A DNA stretch of 64,000 nt, taken from assembly GCF_037042905.1 (NCBI RefSeq), contig NC_087251.1:33172001-33236000 (forward strand). Reading direction: 5' to 3'. This DNA comes from Lytechinus pictus (taxonomy: Eukaryota). A program made the translations under genes and the position numbers. Below the pieces are notes generated by a model. The model saw only the letters and a list, made by a program, of their open reading frames with translations. It searched no databases and was not told the origin of the DNA. The stretch's first letter is position 1. Each line of letters begins with the position of its first letter. Of the stretch, positions 49,287 to 61,690 are shown piece after piece.

Positions 49287-51952
49287 CACACAGCAATAGT
49301 TGCATGACTTGTATGCATCTGATATCCTGCTTTGAAATTATTTATTTTTTGGGAAGGGGGGGGGGGGGTAATATTTGACAAAAATCCACTAAAATACATA
49401 TTCTTTTCATTAAGATGATACAATTGATATTTGTAACTGTCTACCAAATCACAATAAAAAACGAGGTTATACCGTTATAGTCAACTTACAAGTTGTAGTT
49501 AGATGAATATATGCAGTATGTATTCAGTCACTTTTACCCAAAAAATACAGAAAATGTGATTTTTGACTGAAAATGACTGTACAAAAGACCAAAACATGTA
49601 TGTTTTATGTATTGTTGGACTCAGTGGCCATGAAAACATGTATTTACACATATAATAAACTATAGATGAACAGATAATCAAGTTCTATGTACAAAAAATT
49701 GTCATTTGGGAGCAAATTTTACCAAAAATGGCCCCAAAACGCTGTTTTTTACCAAAAATCCTCATTTTAAATGGCTCAACTTATCTGATTCATATATTTT
49801 AGTGCTCAATGACCATGAAAACATATAGTTGGATACATTGCAGGCCTTATTTGTGTATATATTTAAGGATTTACCTGTTAAAACACTGATTTGGAAGGAA
49901 TTTGGCGGCCATTTTGAAAAATCGCTTGGAACCAATATCAAACTACATCTTAGGTCAAAATGGTTGTCAGATTTGGGTTCAGCAGCAAAAATGGCAATAG
50001 AATCCACCCGTTTGAAATTGAATATCCAAAAAAAAGGTTTTATTTGCCCACCCCTATTAAGAGTCAAATGTGGCATGAAATCATATCTCCTATTCATACT
50101 CTATTCGAATATGAAAAGAAAAATTGGGGTCAACGGACTCCCTGAAGAGCTACAGTGAATTTTATATAGGCATATTTTTGCCCATTTACGCGCGCGTAAT
50201 GCAAATTTGAATGGACGCGCATTCCCGTATTATTGGTCGTAAGAGGCTGAATGAGGTATCAAATTAATCAGAAGATAATGGGCAATGAAAAGACATAAAA
50301 TAAATGATGACTCAAAGATGCATACCGATGGTAGGTGCAAAAACGCGCACGCATACCTGTGCGCGCGCAAATTCTTGACATGCTCAAAATGACCAGAAAC
50401 GTACCCAAACTTGACCACGGTCCATTTAGGGAAACTTAAAATTTTGACGCGCGCGTACGTGCGCGTCGTGACCTTTGCATGACCTCTGGTGATATGTCCT
50501 GATGACCTGTCGCCTGAACTTGATATGATGCAAATATGGATGATTTTTTATGATTAGTTGCGATGATATGATCAATCATTTAATTTTACAAAATGGCGCC
50601 TAGATGACGTCATCATGATTTGATAACCTTGAAAAGATTCGATTCCCATGTCCATAATGATGCCCATACATGACATGAAAATCAAGGAAATTGACATGCC
50701 CGATGTTGAGATAGAGGTGGACAAAGATTTGGCAATAAAAATAAAGAAAATTCTGACGAATATAATAGGTGATCTATCATCTTAATGACAGACCACCTAA
50801 AAAGGACAAAAAAAAAAAAAAAAAGGGGGTCCAGCGAGGTTTGAACAACCGAACCCTGGTATACCAGTCAGGTGTGTTATCCAGTCGGCCACAGTGTGTT
50901 TGACAAGCACAGAGAGCAAAATAGGAAACATATTGTCAACTTGACATTGAATGTACATTTTTGCAATTCCAAATTGGCATGATGACGAAACTCTACAAAT
51001 TCTAGTTTTGAGAATAGTACAAGCTTTAAAATGGAAGAGTGGAGATATTGTCTAAAGGATACATTCTAAGCTAAAACATATTGAAAATTTGGCGAGAACA
51101 GACCAAGATTTACGGAATTAAAATCAATTTAAATGACTGTGGTGAAATCATGAAACAGAAAACACTTGTTTTTAGTTCCGACGCCATTTTGATGACGTCA
51201 CGATGTAATTAAGAGTCAAATGTGGCATGAAATCATATCTCCTATTCATACTCTATTCGAATATGAAAAGAAAAATTGGGGTCAACGGACTCCCTGAAGA
51301 GCTACAGTGAATTTTATATAGGCATATTTTTGCCCATTTACGCGCGCGTAATGCAAATTTGAATGGACGCGCATTCCCGTATTATTGGTCGTAAGAGGCT
51401 GAATGTGGTATCAAATTAATCAGAAGATAATGGGCAATGGAAAGACATAAAATAAATGATGACTCAAAGATGCATACCGATGGTAGGTGCAAAAACGCGC
51501 ACGCATACCTGTGCGCGCGCAAATTCTTGACATGCTCAAAATGACCAGAAACGTACCCAAACTTGACCACGGTCCATTTAGGGAAACTTAAAATTTTGAC
51601 GCGCGCGTACGTGCGCGTCGTGACCTTTGCATGACCTCTGGTGATATGTCCTGATGACCTGTCGCCTGAACTTGATATGATGCAAATATGGATGATTTTT
51701 GATGATTAGTTGCGATGATATGATCAATCATTTAATTTTACAAAATGGCGCCTAGATGACGTCATCATGATTTAATAACCTTGAAAAGATTCGATTCCCA
51801 TGTCCATAATGATGCCCATACATGACATGAAAATCAAGGAAATTGACATGCCCGATTTTGAGATAGAGGTGGACAAAGATTTGGCAATAAAAATAAAGAA
51901 AATTCTGACGAATATAATAGGTGATCTGTCATCTTAATGACAGACCACCTAA
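45335..51952 (-). mobile_element. Stacked Helentron/HINE (DINE-1-like) non-autonomous rolling-circle elements
   Basis: Minus-strand 5' ends TTAGGTGGTCTGTCAT-TAAG-ATGAYAGATCACCT (subTIR plus its inverted copy) at 51952 and 50800; one 3' end ATGACAGACCACC + hairpin TAATTCGTC-CTCAT-GACGAATTA + AAATCTAGTT at 45378-45333; shared ~390-bp core at 46790, 50118 and 51270. Confidence 0.8.
47179..50056. mobile_element. Long-TIR (hAT-like, TAGGGGTGGGC terminus) element nested in the Helentron stack, left end truncated
   Basis: 47179-~47930 is the reverse complement of ~48915-49919; the right arm continues to GCCCACCCCTA at 50056; the matching outer ~135 bp is missing on the left. Confidence 0.7.
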
Positions 51953-52101
51953 CTAGTTCCCAAAATTTGTGGGGGTCTTTTCCGCTCATCATGTCACACC
52001 TGAGACGAGAGACGACACTTTCGTGTAAAATATGAAATATATTAATTCTGTTTCACATTATCTAGTTTGATGGAATATAATTTATGTTATTTATGTTGGC
52101 A

Positions 52102-52830
52102 ATCAAACTGCATGTAAATTATCAGCAATTAAAGACAGATTAGTGTAATTCTAATACTACATTCGTTGATAAATAACAAAAGAAACTAGGTCAATTATAG
52201 ATTGTTGTTGATAAGAGGTTGCGGGTGATTTGCATATCTTGTTACTTATTGAAGAAGCGCCTCTGATACAGCAATAACCTATTTGTAGGTTGATGCCATG
52301 TAGTTTGAAATCAATGACCTCATCACATTTACATGTTTCAAATGAAGCGTATATATAGACACACCCAGTTCAAAAGAATGAATTCTATAGGCCATAGGAA
52401 AAAGAGATGATACAACTGAAGAGGAATCTTAATTGCTCTTTTTAATTGCAGCGTATAGTCATTGATATCAAACTGCATGGTATTTATCAGCAATTAAAGA
52501 CAGATTTGTGTAATTCTAATACTACATTCGTTGATAAATAACAAAAGAAACTAGGTCAGTTATAGATTGTAGTTGATAAGAGGTTGCGGCTGATTTGCAT
52601 ATTTTGTTATATATTTGAAGAAGCGCCTCTGATACAGCAATAACCTATTTGTATGTTGATACCATGTAGTTTGAAATCAATGACCTCATCACAGTCATGT
52701 TTCAAATGAAGCGTATATATGGACACACCCAGTTCAAAAGAATGAATTCTATAGGTCATAGGAAAAAGAGATGATACAACTCAAGAGGAATCTTGTTCTT
52801 CTTCTTCTTTTTAATTGCAGTGTATAGGTT
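52102..52830. repeat. 365-bp tandem duplication in the inter-ORF spacer
   Basis: ATCAAACTGCATG...GAGGAATCTT units start at 52102 and 52467. Confidence 0.9.
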
Positions 52831-54397
52831 TGATTATTCTATGTAATCAACGTAATTGGTAGAAAATATTTTGATAGGGTAAGGAGAGGAATGGAAGGAG
52901 GAATCGCTGGAGTATATAATTGTTAATGGCAATTGCTACAGTATGACTCCTTTCTTTCTTCTCTCTCCCCCTCTTTCCCTTTTCTGCAAGATATATTGTG
53001 CGATTGACATGCATATTTTAAAGAAAGATCCAATGGTTAGAGTGGCAATTGGTGTAATGTGTAAATTCCATTCTGTTGATTTGAAAAATTCAACTTGCGC
53101 TTACTTAAAGAGACATTCTTCAGAACTTTAGAATCTAATTTTGAACTGGACGTCTGGAATGAATGTTGATAAGACGCTAATACTTTAAAGGCGTCGTACA
53201 GTAAACAATAGTCCTCTGGTATGTTCTTTTACACGATTGTTTATTCTTGTTAATGTCATTTAAAAACGACTGCAATTTCCTTTATTCCTTGTAAATGTTT
53301 AAGATGAAAGATTCCAAATGATTCAGCATGTTCAATATAATCCGACAGTGTATTATAAGAAATAATGATATATGGTCGAGTGGCCACATTAACTCGATTG
53401 TAATGGCAATCAGTGAATCCACTGGTATTTTAATAGACATTAGAATGAAAAGGAATGAAAAGCAAATATTTCAGAGACAAAACACAATAATTCTTGTAAA
53501 GAGGGTGTGTTATAATACGCCTCACGTGTATTCAATAGATTGTTAAAACATAATGCAAATGATAAGTCTGTATAATGCAAATGAGGTGGGGGAGAATCTC
53601 GTCAAGCATGCGTTTAATTAATTCGAAATAAGTATACGAAGATTCCTTTTCTCTTCCTACACCATTTAGGTGAATGCAATGTCTGCTTAAAGATTCAGTG
53701 GTATATTTGATTAGATAATAGGTAACCATGATTACATAACCTTACTGATCATGGTTTGAAAATCTTAATTGAATCGTTGGTGGGATCTCATATACTCTTT
53801 TAAAATCAAACTGAATTAGAATGAATGTATCTTAGATGCAAATTTCGAAAAGGTTTAAGGTTCCAATAGTGGTCCTTTTGTATTATCCTTTTCGGTCTTA
53901 AAGGAGAAGGTTTTCAAAAGAATGTAGATAGAGAAGTTGCAAATCAATTGGGTAAACATTGAACTTTTAATCCATATCTTAGTATGTGGGTCGCCGGTAT
54001 TTAGGGCATGAATATATAGTCGAGAGGCAATTTCCTCAGGATAATGTTGTAGTCCACAGGTTTTTTTTTTCTCTCTTTATTTTCCTTTGCTCATTATTGA
54101 CTTACCTTCAAAATAAATATCAAGTTAGGGAGAGGGGTTGGCGAGACATCATGAAGATGTCTAAGACATGTAAGAGGGTTTTCGTTTTAGACACTTCCTT
54201 TATAGGAAGATCTCCCTTGATGGTCTTGCTTGTTGATGTTTGTTTTATGTGCACTTTGTTTTTCGTTTCCTATTTTCTTTCAGGGTCAGTTGGCAGTGGC
54301 ATTTTGATCATGATCAGATTTACATGTAGGCCGGGCGGACAGGGTGCGGCGCTCTTCCACTTCTCATCCCACGATTTATTATCTTGTCCATACCCCT

Positions 54398-57300
54398 GTG
54401 TTTAATTCTTTAATCTGCAATTTCATATCTTTAAATGTTAAGGGAATTCGAGAACGTCATAAGAGGCAAAATATATTTAAATGGTGTAAGGATAAAAAAG
54501 GGCATATTATTTTTCTCCAGGAAACTTTTAGCACTCAAGATATTGTTAGTAATTGGAGTTCCATGTGGGATGGCTTTTGTATTTTTAGTTACGGTACAAA
54601 CCACGGTAAAGGCGTTATGATTTTAGTAGATGAAGGGTTTGATATCTCAATAAAACATACAATCATCGATACAGGAGGTAGATACATTTTTATTATTGGA
54701 TCTTTGCAAAATCAGGAAGTAATATTGGGAAATGTTTATTTCCCTGTTAGTAGTAAAGTGCACGAGCAACTTGAGTTTTTGGATTCTATTATTAAGATTT
54801 TAGGAAGAAAGGAGTTCCAAAATAAACCTTTTATTATAGGAGGAGACTTCAATATGGTTAGGGATATTTATTTAGATTATGATGGAAAAAACGTAAACAA
54901 GAAGCAATCTAAACTTAGTTCAATGTTCGAAAATTTTCTTACGGATTATAAGGCCTTAGATATATGGCGTGTTAAAAATGATTCCAAGAAACAATATACC
55001 TATCATCAAGGAAATCCGTATATGCAAAGTCGATTGGATTACTGGGTGGTTTCAGATATTTTAGAAGAGAAAGTGTTGAATTGTAAAATAATACCTTCAT
55101 TATCACCTGATCACTCAGCAATAGAACTCAATATTAATTTTAATCATATGGTCAAACCAACGATTAAGACTGGTTATTGGAAATTTAATAACAGTTTATG
55201 TAAGGACGAAGAATATGTTAAAAGTATGAAGGAGGAAATTATTCGTTTGAAACAGATGTTATCAATAGAGATTATGGACAGCAGAATTTTATGGGATTAT
55301 GTTAAAATGGAAATCCGAAGTTTTACTAGGAAGTACTCAAAGAAAAAGGCAAAAGAAAGAAGAGAAAAGATTACAAAGTTGGAAAAGGAAATTGTAAAAT
55401 TAGAAGAAGAACTGCAACAAAGACCAAGTAATAAAAATAAGGATTCAAATGACATTTTAACCAGGAAAAGAAATGAATTAAAAGCAATTTATACTTATGT
55501 TAATGAAGGTATAAAAATCAGATCTCGAGCGCCGTGGTTTGAAAGTGGGGAAAGGGAAACCGCATATTTTAAACAATTGACAGATTCTAATGGGAAAAAA
55601 TGTGTAATTAAAAAACTTAAGGTGAATGAAAATATAATTAGTGATGAAATTAATATTTTAAATGAAATCCGAAAGTTTTATTCATCATTATACGCTAAAT
55701 CTGAGGCAGGATTATGCGACGATAATACGTTTTTTCCCAATAGCTTACCCAAACTAACAAAAAATCAGAGTAATCACTGTGAAGGAAAAATAAACCAAGG
55801 TGATTGTATTGAAATCTTAAAAGAAATGCAACTTAATAAATCTCCGGGGAATGATGGACTGAGCGTCGAGTTTTACATTACATTTTGGCATGTTGTATAG
55901 GTGATTTAGTTATTAACGGGCTTAATGATAGTTTGATTCATAAAGAATTATCGCCCTCTCAGAAGCAAGCAGTAATTACACTAATACACAAGGGGGATAA
56001 AGACCCTACAGTCATTAGCAATTACAGACCCATTTCACTTCTCAATGTAGATTATAAAATTCTCACTAAGATACTTTCTAAAAGAATAAAAGTGATTCTG
56101 AGTAACATTATTTCAGTTGACCAGGTAGGGTATTTAAATGACAGAAATATTGGTGAAGCAGTAAGATTAATTAATGACATGATATTTCATACCTCACATT
56201 TTAATAAATCGGGTTATTTATTAGCAATCGATTTTGAAAAGGCTTTCGATTCAATTTCACACGCTTTTCTTCAAAAGGCACTTTGTTCATTCGGTTTTGG
56301 AACGATGTTTAGGGATTGGGTCAAAGTAATTTACACTAACACACTATGCTGCGTTTTCAATGGAGGGAGATCAACTGGCTATTTCGATGTTGAGCGGGGG
56401 CTAAGGCAGGGGGACCCCCTGTCCCCATATCTTTTTATATTGTGTATAGAGTGTTTAACTCACTCTATTCGAAACGATAATTCAGTAAGGGGTATTTGCT
56501 TTGGCGATACGGAAATCAAGCAGGTTCTTTATGCTGATGACATGACAATATTTGTGCAAGATTTAGACTCTATAGATAGACTATACATAATCCTTGAGAA
56601 GTTCAAGAAAATATCTGGACTGAAAATTAATAAAAATAAAACTTTCATTTTGCCTCTAGGGCCTCCTGTTCCACCGGGGAACAGCTTTCCATTCGGTAAA
56701 AGAGTTGATATTGTGAAAATACTGGGTATTTACTTTTCACTCAATCCTGATGTCGCTGAAGAAATGAATTTCAAAGAAATTTTGAGCAAAATAAAAAAGT
56801 TATTAAATTGGTGGAAACAACGAGATCTCACTTTGATAGGAAAAATTCATTTGCTTAAAACGTATGCGTTTTCCAAATTGACTTATGTGAGCTCCCTATC
56901 TTCAGTTCCAGACTGGGTTTTCAAAGAAATTGATGATACATGTTTTGACTTTTTATGGCGGGGGAAAGACAAAATAAAAAGAAATACTTTATATCTGGAT
57001 TACCGACAAGGTGGGCTAAAAATGCTCAATTTCAAACTATTTATAATGGTACAAAGAGTGATGTGGATTAAAAGATTAGTTACTGGTGACCAGAGAGCAA
57101 AGTGGAAAAGATATTTTAAATTTCTCCTGAGAACATTTGGTGGTCTTTTAATATTTTACTGCAATTTTTCCCCTGATATGGTCGATGTTAAATTACCAAA
57201 ATATTACCGAGAAATGTTATGTATTTGGTCTGATATGAATATTTTTATTAAAAAAGATACAAATAGTAAAAGAAATGAAATTTTCTTTAATAATAAGTGT

Positions 57301-58163
57301 ATTATGAAGAAAGGAAAAACATTTTTTCATGAAAATCTGTTCCTCAAAAATATTTTTAAATTTCATCACATTACAGATGTTAAGGGGGCACTTAAGCCGG
57401 ATAATTATTTCAGATGTATGGGATTGGATGAGGAGGAAGTATCAGTTATTCAAGAAATATTTGCACATACCCCCAGAGAATGGAAAGACAGATTAAGAAG
57501 GAATACTTCAGTGGACGGCTTGAATATTGAATTTGTCTTTTATGAGAAAAAAATTCAATTCGACTCGGTTACTTCCAAAAATCTATATAGAGGGTGTATA
57601 AAACAAATTGCTGAACAACCAGTTAGTTTTCATAACTTACATTATTATATAATCTGTCAAATAAAGAAATTGAGAAAACATTTTATCGTCCTAGATTTAG
57701 TACGTTGGATAACAAATTGAGAGAATTTCAATTTAAAATGCTATACAATATCATCTTTCTGAATCATCACTTATACAGGTTTCATTTTATAGCAAGTGAT
57801 AAATGTTCCTTCTGTAGAAAATACGAAGAAACATATAAGCATTTATTTTTTGAATGTGAAAAAGTAGGAGATTTGTGGGTACGGAGTAGTAATTTGTTTG
57901 GCCTTCCAATTCTAAAAAAACTAAGCTGGATGGAAATCCATATTGGTCTCGAGGAAACAACCGAAAACATACAATTACTTAATCATATCATTTTGCTAAT
58001 CAAATATTTAATATATCAAGGGAGAGGGAAGGGTAAACCACCAACTCCTGAAGAGATAAAGGAAAAGTTACTTATTAGCAAAGAAGAAGAAAAGAAAATT
58101 GCATTAGAGCGTAATACGTTAACGCGACACTATAAGAAATGGGAATATTTAAAGGTTTTATAA
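54398..58163 (+). CDS. L1/Tx1-clade ORF2p (APE endonuclease + RT + CCHC/zf-RVT), frameshifts near 55890 and 57645
   Basis: EN motifs SLNVKG, IFLQET, GGDFN, SRLDYW, PDHSA; GYWKFNNSL linker; KSPGNDGL; NYRPISLLNVDYKIL, IDFEKAFD, RGLRQGDPLSPYLF, YADDMT, KILGI; C-terminal CSFC...HLFFEC. Confidence 0.95.
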
Positions 58164-58700
58164 ACATTAACCAAAATAAAAAGGATGGGAAAGGGAGGGG
58201 TGCCCCTCGTCTGCCCGTGCATGGAATCGATCGATCACTGTCGCTGTAAACTGACCTCTGTCCTGTCCTGTCCTTTGCTTTTTTTTTTTTTTTTTTTTTT
58301 TCTCTCTCTCTCTCCGTTATGTGGATGGTGTTTTTTTTTCTGTCTATTTCTCCCGTTTCTTGTTGTTGGTGTGTTAGTTTGTTCAGCTTTGGGGTCTGAT
58401 AGGGGGGGGGGGGGGGCTCATGGGACGGGAGAATACATTCATTCTTTAAATTTGCGTAGTTGTTACGTCTTTGTTTTATTATTTGCTTTATAGCTGCATA
58501 CATAAGTTGTTGAAATGTTATTTTTGCATGAGTTGGGATTATGTCTCTTTTCTGATACAATTTGCCTGCTATGTTTATTACACTGTTATTTAATTTGTGT
58601 ATTGCACTGCTGCAATTATAATTTTGTTCTATATTTTCTTGATTATGTATGTATGAAATTTATTTGAATGAATAATAAAGATCACTACAAAACAAAAAAC
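58164..58700 (+). other. 3' UTR and A-rich tail of the L1/Tx1 element
   Basis: Poly(T) and poly(G) tracts, AATAAA near 58674, tail ACTACAAAACAAAAAAC. Confidence 0.75.
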
Positions 58701-60229
58701 ATTGGCGCGAGGCTTACTATGATATGTAATTGCTCCGTCAGGGGCGATTTTTTTTTTCATTTTTGACAATGGAAATGACAATTATTAGGCAGAAAAGTGC
58801 CTTCATCGTTTACTTTTGTCCTTAAATAATTTATCATTTTTCTACTTTTAGGGGGGCACATTGGGGGGGGGGGGGCAAAATCTCGTTTTGCCCCCCAAAA
58901 TTTTTTTTGGGGGGCAAGTGCCCCCCCCCCTCGCTTCCGGCGCCCGTGCTCTCAGAAGATGCAGTTACTATAAATTGTTTAGCCATCATTTAAAAATAGA
59001 CTTGATAAGCATTAATTGGGAGAAGATTGCTTATGATTTTGAGCGATATTTTCGATTTTCGAGTGTTTTCATGGAATTGTTTTTTTTTTTTTGTTTTTCT
59101 TTTTGGCTGTCCACGATACACGTAACACCCCCTCCCTGCGTTGTCAATACTGTACATAGGCAGAAGTCTGTCCCCAAAGGTAGGGGGGACAATTAGGGCC
59201 TGGAAAATTTAACAAGCAAAAAACACTGAAAAAAAGTTATCACCCAAAATGGAAGGTCATTATGTAGGCCTATATTGTTTCGATTGTGAAGTGATGTATT
59301 TTTCTCCATCAAGACCAAAAATAGTAGGGGGACATTTGATATTGTGTCCCCCTACTATTTTTGGTAGGGGGGACACGTCCCCCCTGTCCCCCTGGGATTT
59401 CCGCCCATATGTGCATCTGTTTTTTGTCTGAAGGAGAGCAGCAATGGACATCTCTACTTCGATCGATGAACAGGCTCCTACAACATCGTTACGTTGGAGT
59501 ATTACTACCGGTAGTATAAGTAAAGTATCATGCTACCAAGATTGAAGAGCGCCAACTCCAACTCCACAACGCGAAAGTGACTCTCCATGTACGTCGATGT
59601 CCAGCATCAAGCCTGCTGAGCTAGTAACATACGGTACAGTAATCGGCGCCTGTACTGGTACTGTACCACGGCAGTATTCAGCGTGAACGACATCAAAATT
59701 CTTGAGTCAAATCAACAGACGTAATATCTTGGATAAATCTAGGACGTAAGCTGTACTTAAAGAGGTATGAATAACTGCAGCCGTTGTATTGTCTGTTCTT
59801 CGTTAAATCCCTAAAATGTTTATGAATTAGGTCCTTTTTAGACATGTTAGAAGATATGACCAGTCGTCCAAAGGCAAAGTTTATGATGAATGTGAGAGTG
59901 GGCGTGTTTGCATTGCGCAGGGTACCGGTACCGTACCCGGGGCCGGGTAGACAGCTGGCAGCCGTCTGTTTCGAGGAGTTTTTTTTAACATTTTTAATTT
60001 TTTTCTAAATTTCTCCTCCTACTATCCTAGTCCTACACAGACGGCTCGCGGCCCAATGCAGTTTCGCACCGGCCGATTACCAGCATACCTCATCACCAAT
60101 ATGATGGTGGGCCCCAAAAAAAGGCCCAAGGGCCAAGTCTGCGCACCTAACAATTTGAGTTAAGATTTAACATGAATTTCTTCTTATTTCACAAAATCTT
60201 TTAGTTAATAATGTTCCTTATATTATTAA

Positions 60230-61295
60230 AGGGGAATCCAGCCTTGGCCATAAAATGTTTTGTTGGGAAGGAGAAAAATAAATTAAACAGAATGGCGAAA
60301 GTTTGAAAGAAATCGGACAAGCAATAGCCAATAAGAAAGTTACACTTACAGTAGACCAAAAGCTTCGGTCTCTGTTATGTTGGTTGTTCAGCTGAACTCC
60401 GTTGGCTTCACTCACCAAATACAGAGACCGAAGTTCTAGCGCGATCTGTACAGGGGACTCAATGGCCATATGTTTATGTACTTAAGATCGGATAAAACGG
60501 GGAAGTGTATTTGCGCGACAGCCGAGGTAAGTCACTGTTTTTGTTCCTTTTAACTCGATTTTTCTCCGTTTCTTGGCAATTAATGCCAAGAGGGAATATC
60601 AATTTGCATTTTGGTCGCATTAATTTTCAAAATTTTTATTGATTAAAGACAAAAATTGAAGAGCCCCGACGGGGGGATTTTGCATTGCAAGTCCCCTAAT
60701 GGTGGCTGCACGCTAGCGAGCCGTCTGTGTATGAGGAGAACTTTAAAAAAAAAATGTTAAAAAACTCCTCAAAACAGACGGCTGCCAGCTGTCTACACTT
60801 ACAGCTGCTTTAAAATTGAGATCACTATTATATGTAGATTTCAAATTGGCAACTGGGTAAGTAAATTATGACAAGGGGCAAGGACAACTTTCCCATAGGC
60901 CATGTACTTTATTATCAGGGATTTGTGGTTTTCTCCTAAGTATCCATTCCCCTGGGGCAGTAATCTAAATATAACCCAGGTAGTATATTGCTTAATGTCC
61001 TCATGAAAGAAAAATATAATTTGAAATAAAACTTTTGGGAAAAATTACATTTTAGCCATAATATGTATTGGAGTAGGCCTACATGGAAGAGTAGTCCTTG
61101 CCTTACATCACTATGACATCCCATATGCGGCCAATTTGAAGTCTCCATGAGTATAGTGATTACCAATATTTACAACTTTTAAAAATTCATAACTTTCTTG
61201 TTGTTTGTCCAATATTGTTCAAACTTTCACCTATCAACTTGTCTGATTTTTCTTTTTCTTATAAAAATAAGTTTTTGTTTGGGTTGGATTCCCCT
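60230..61295. mobile_element. Kolobok-type MITE
   Basis: TTAA|AGGGGAATCCA ... TGGATTCCCCT|TTAA, with longer imperfect inverted arms. Confidence 0.8.
60352..60795. mobile_element. Academ-like MITE (TAGAC...GTCTA) with 9-bp TSD
   Basis: TSD CACTTACAG at 60343-60351 and 60796-60804; subterminal hairpins at both ends. Confidence 0.75.
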
Positions 61296-61549
61296 TTAAG
61301 AGTAAGTGTACCAAATTTCTCATTAAAAAATGAAAGAAAATATAAGATTTTCTTGAAAAAACCTTTGGGCAGTCATTTTCAGATTGAAAAAAAAATGGTA
61401 CCCCAAGTCTGCGCACTCATTCACTTTGCGCACGATTCGGGGATTTTGATGAGGAAGGCTGCATTTTGAGGCCGTCACATGAAATGCCCTGAATTCATTA
61501 TTTTTCCACCATTTTGAGTCAGATTTTTTTATGAATGCCTGTCTATGTA

Positions 61550-61690
61550 TAGACCAAAAGCTTCAGTCTCTGTATTTTGGTTGTTCCGCTGAACTACGTT
61601 GGCTCCACTCACCAATACATTAATGGGGATTACAGTAAAATGTCAGAAATTGTTGAATAAATCCCCAGAAACGACGGTTATTCCTGTCTA
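61550..61690. mobile_element. 141-bp Academ-like MITE with 9-bp TSD
   Basis: TAGACCAAAAGCTTC...CCTGTCTA; TSD GTCTATGTA at 61541-61549 and 61691-61699; left end shared with 60352. Confidence 0.8.

Noticed and set aside
50057..51952. 744-bp direct repeats read as LTRs or KolobokP-type terminal direct repeats
   Set aside because: There is no PBS/PPT and no self-contained TIR or TTAA pair; the ends match the Helentron subTIR and hairpin architecture tied to 45335-45378.
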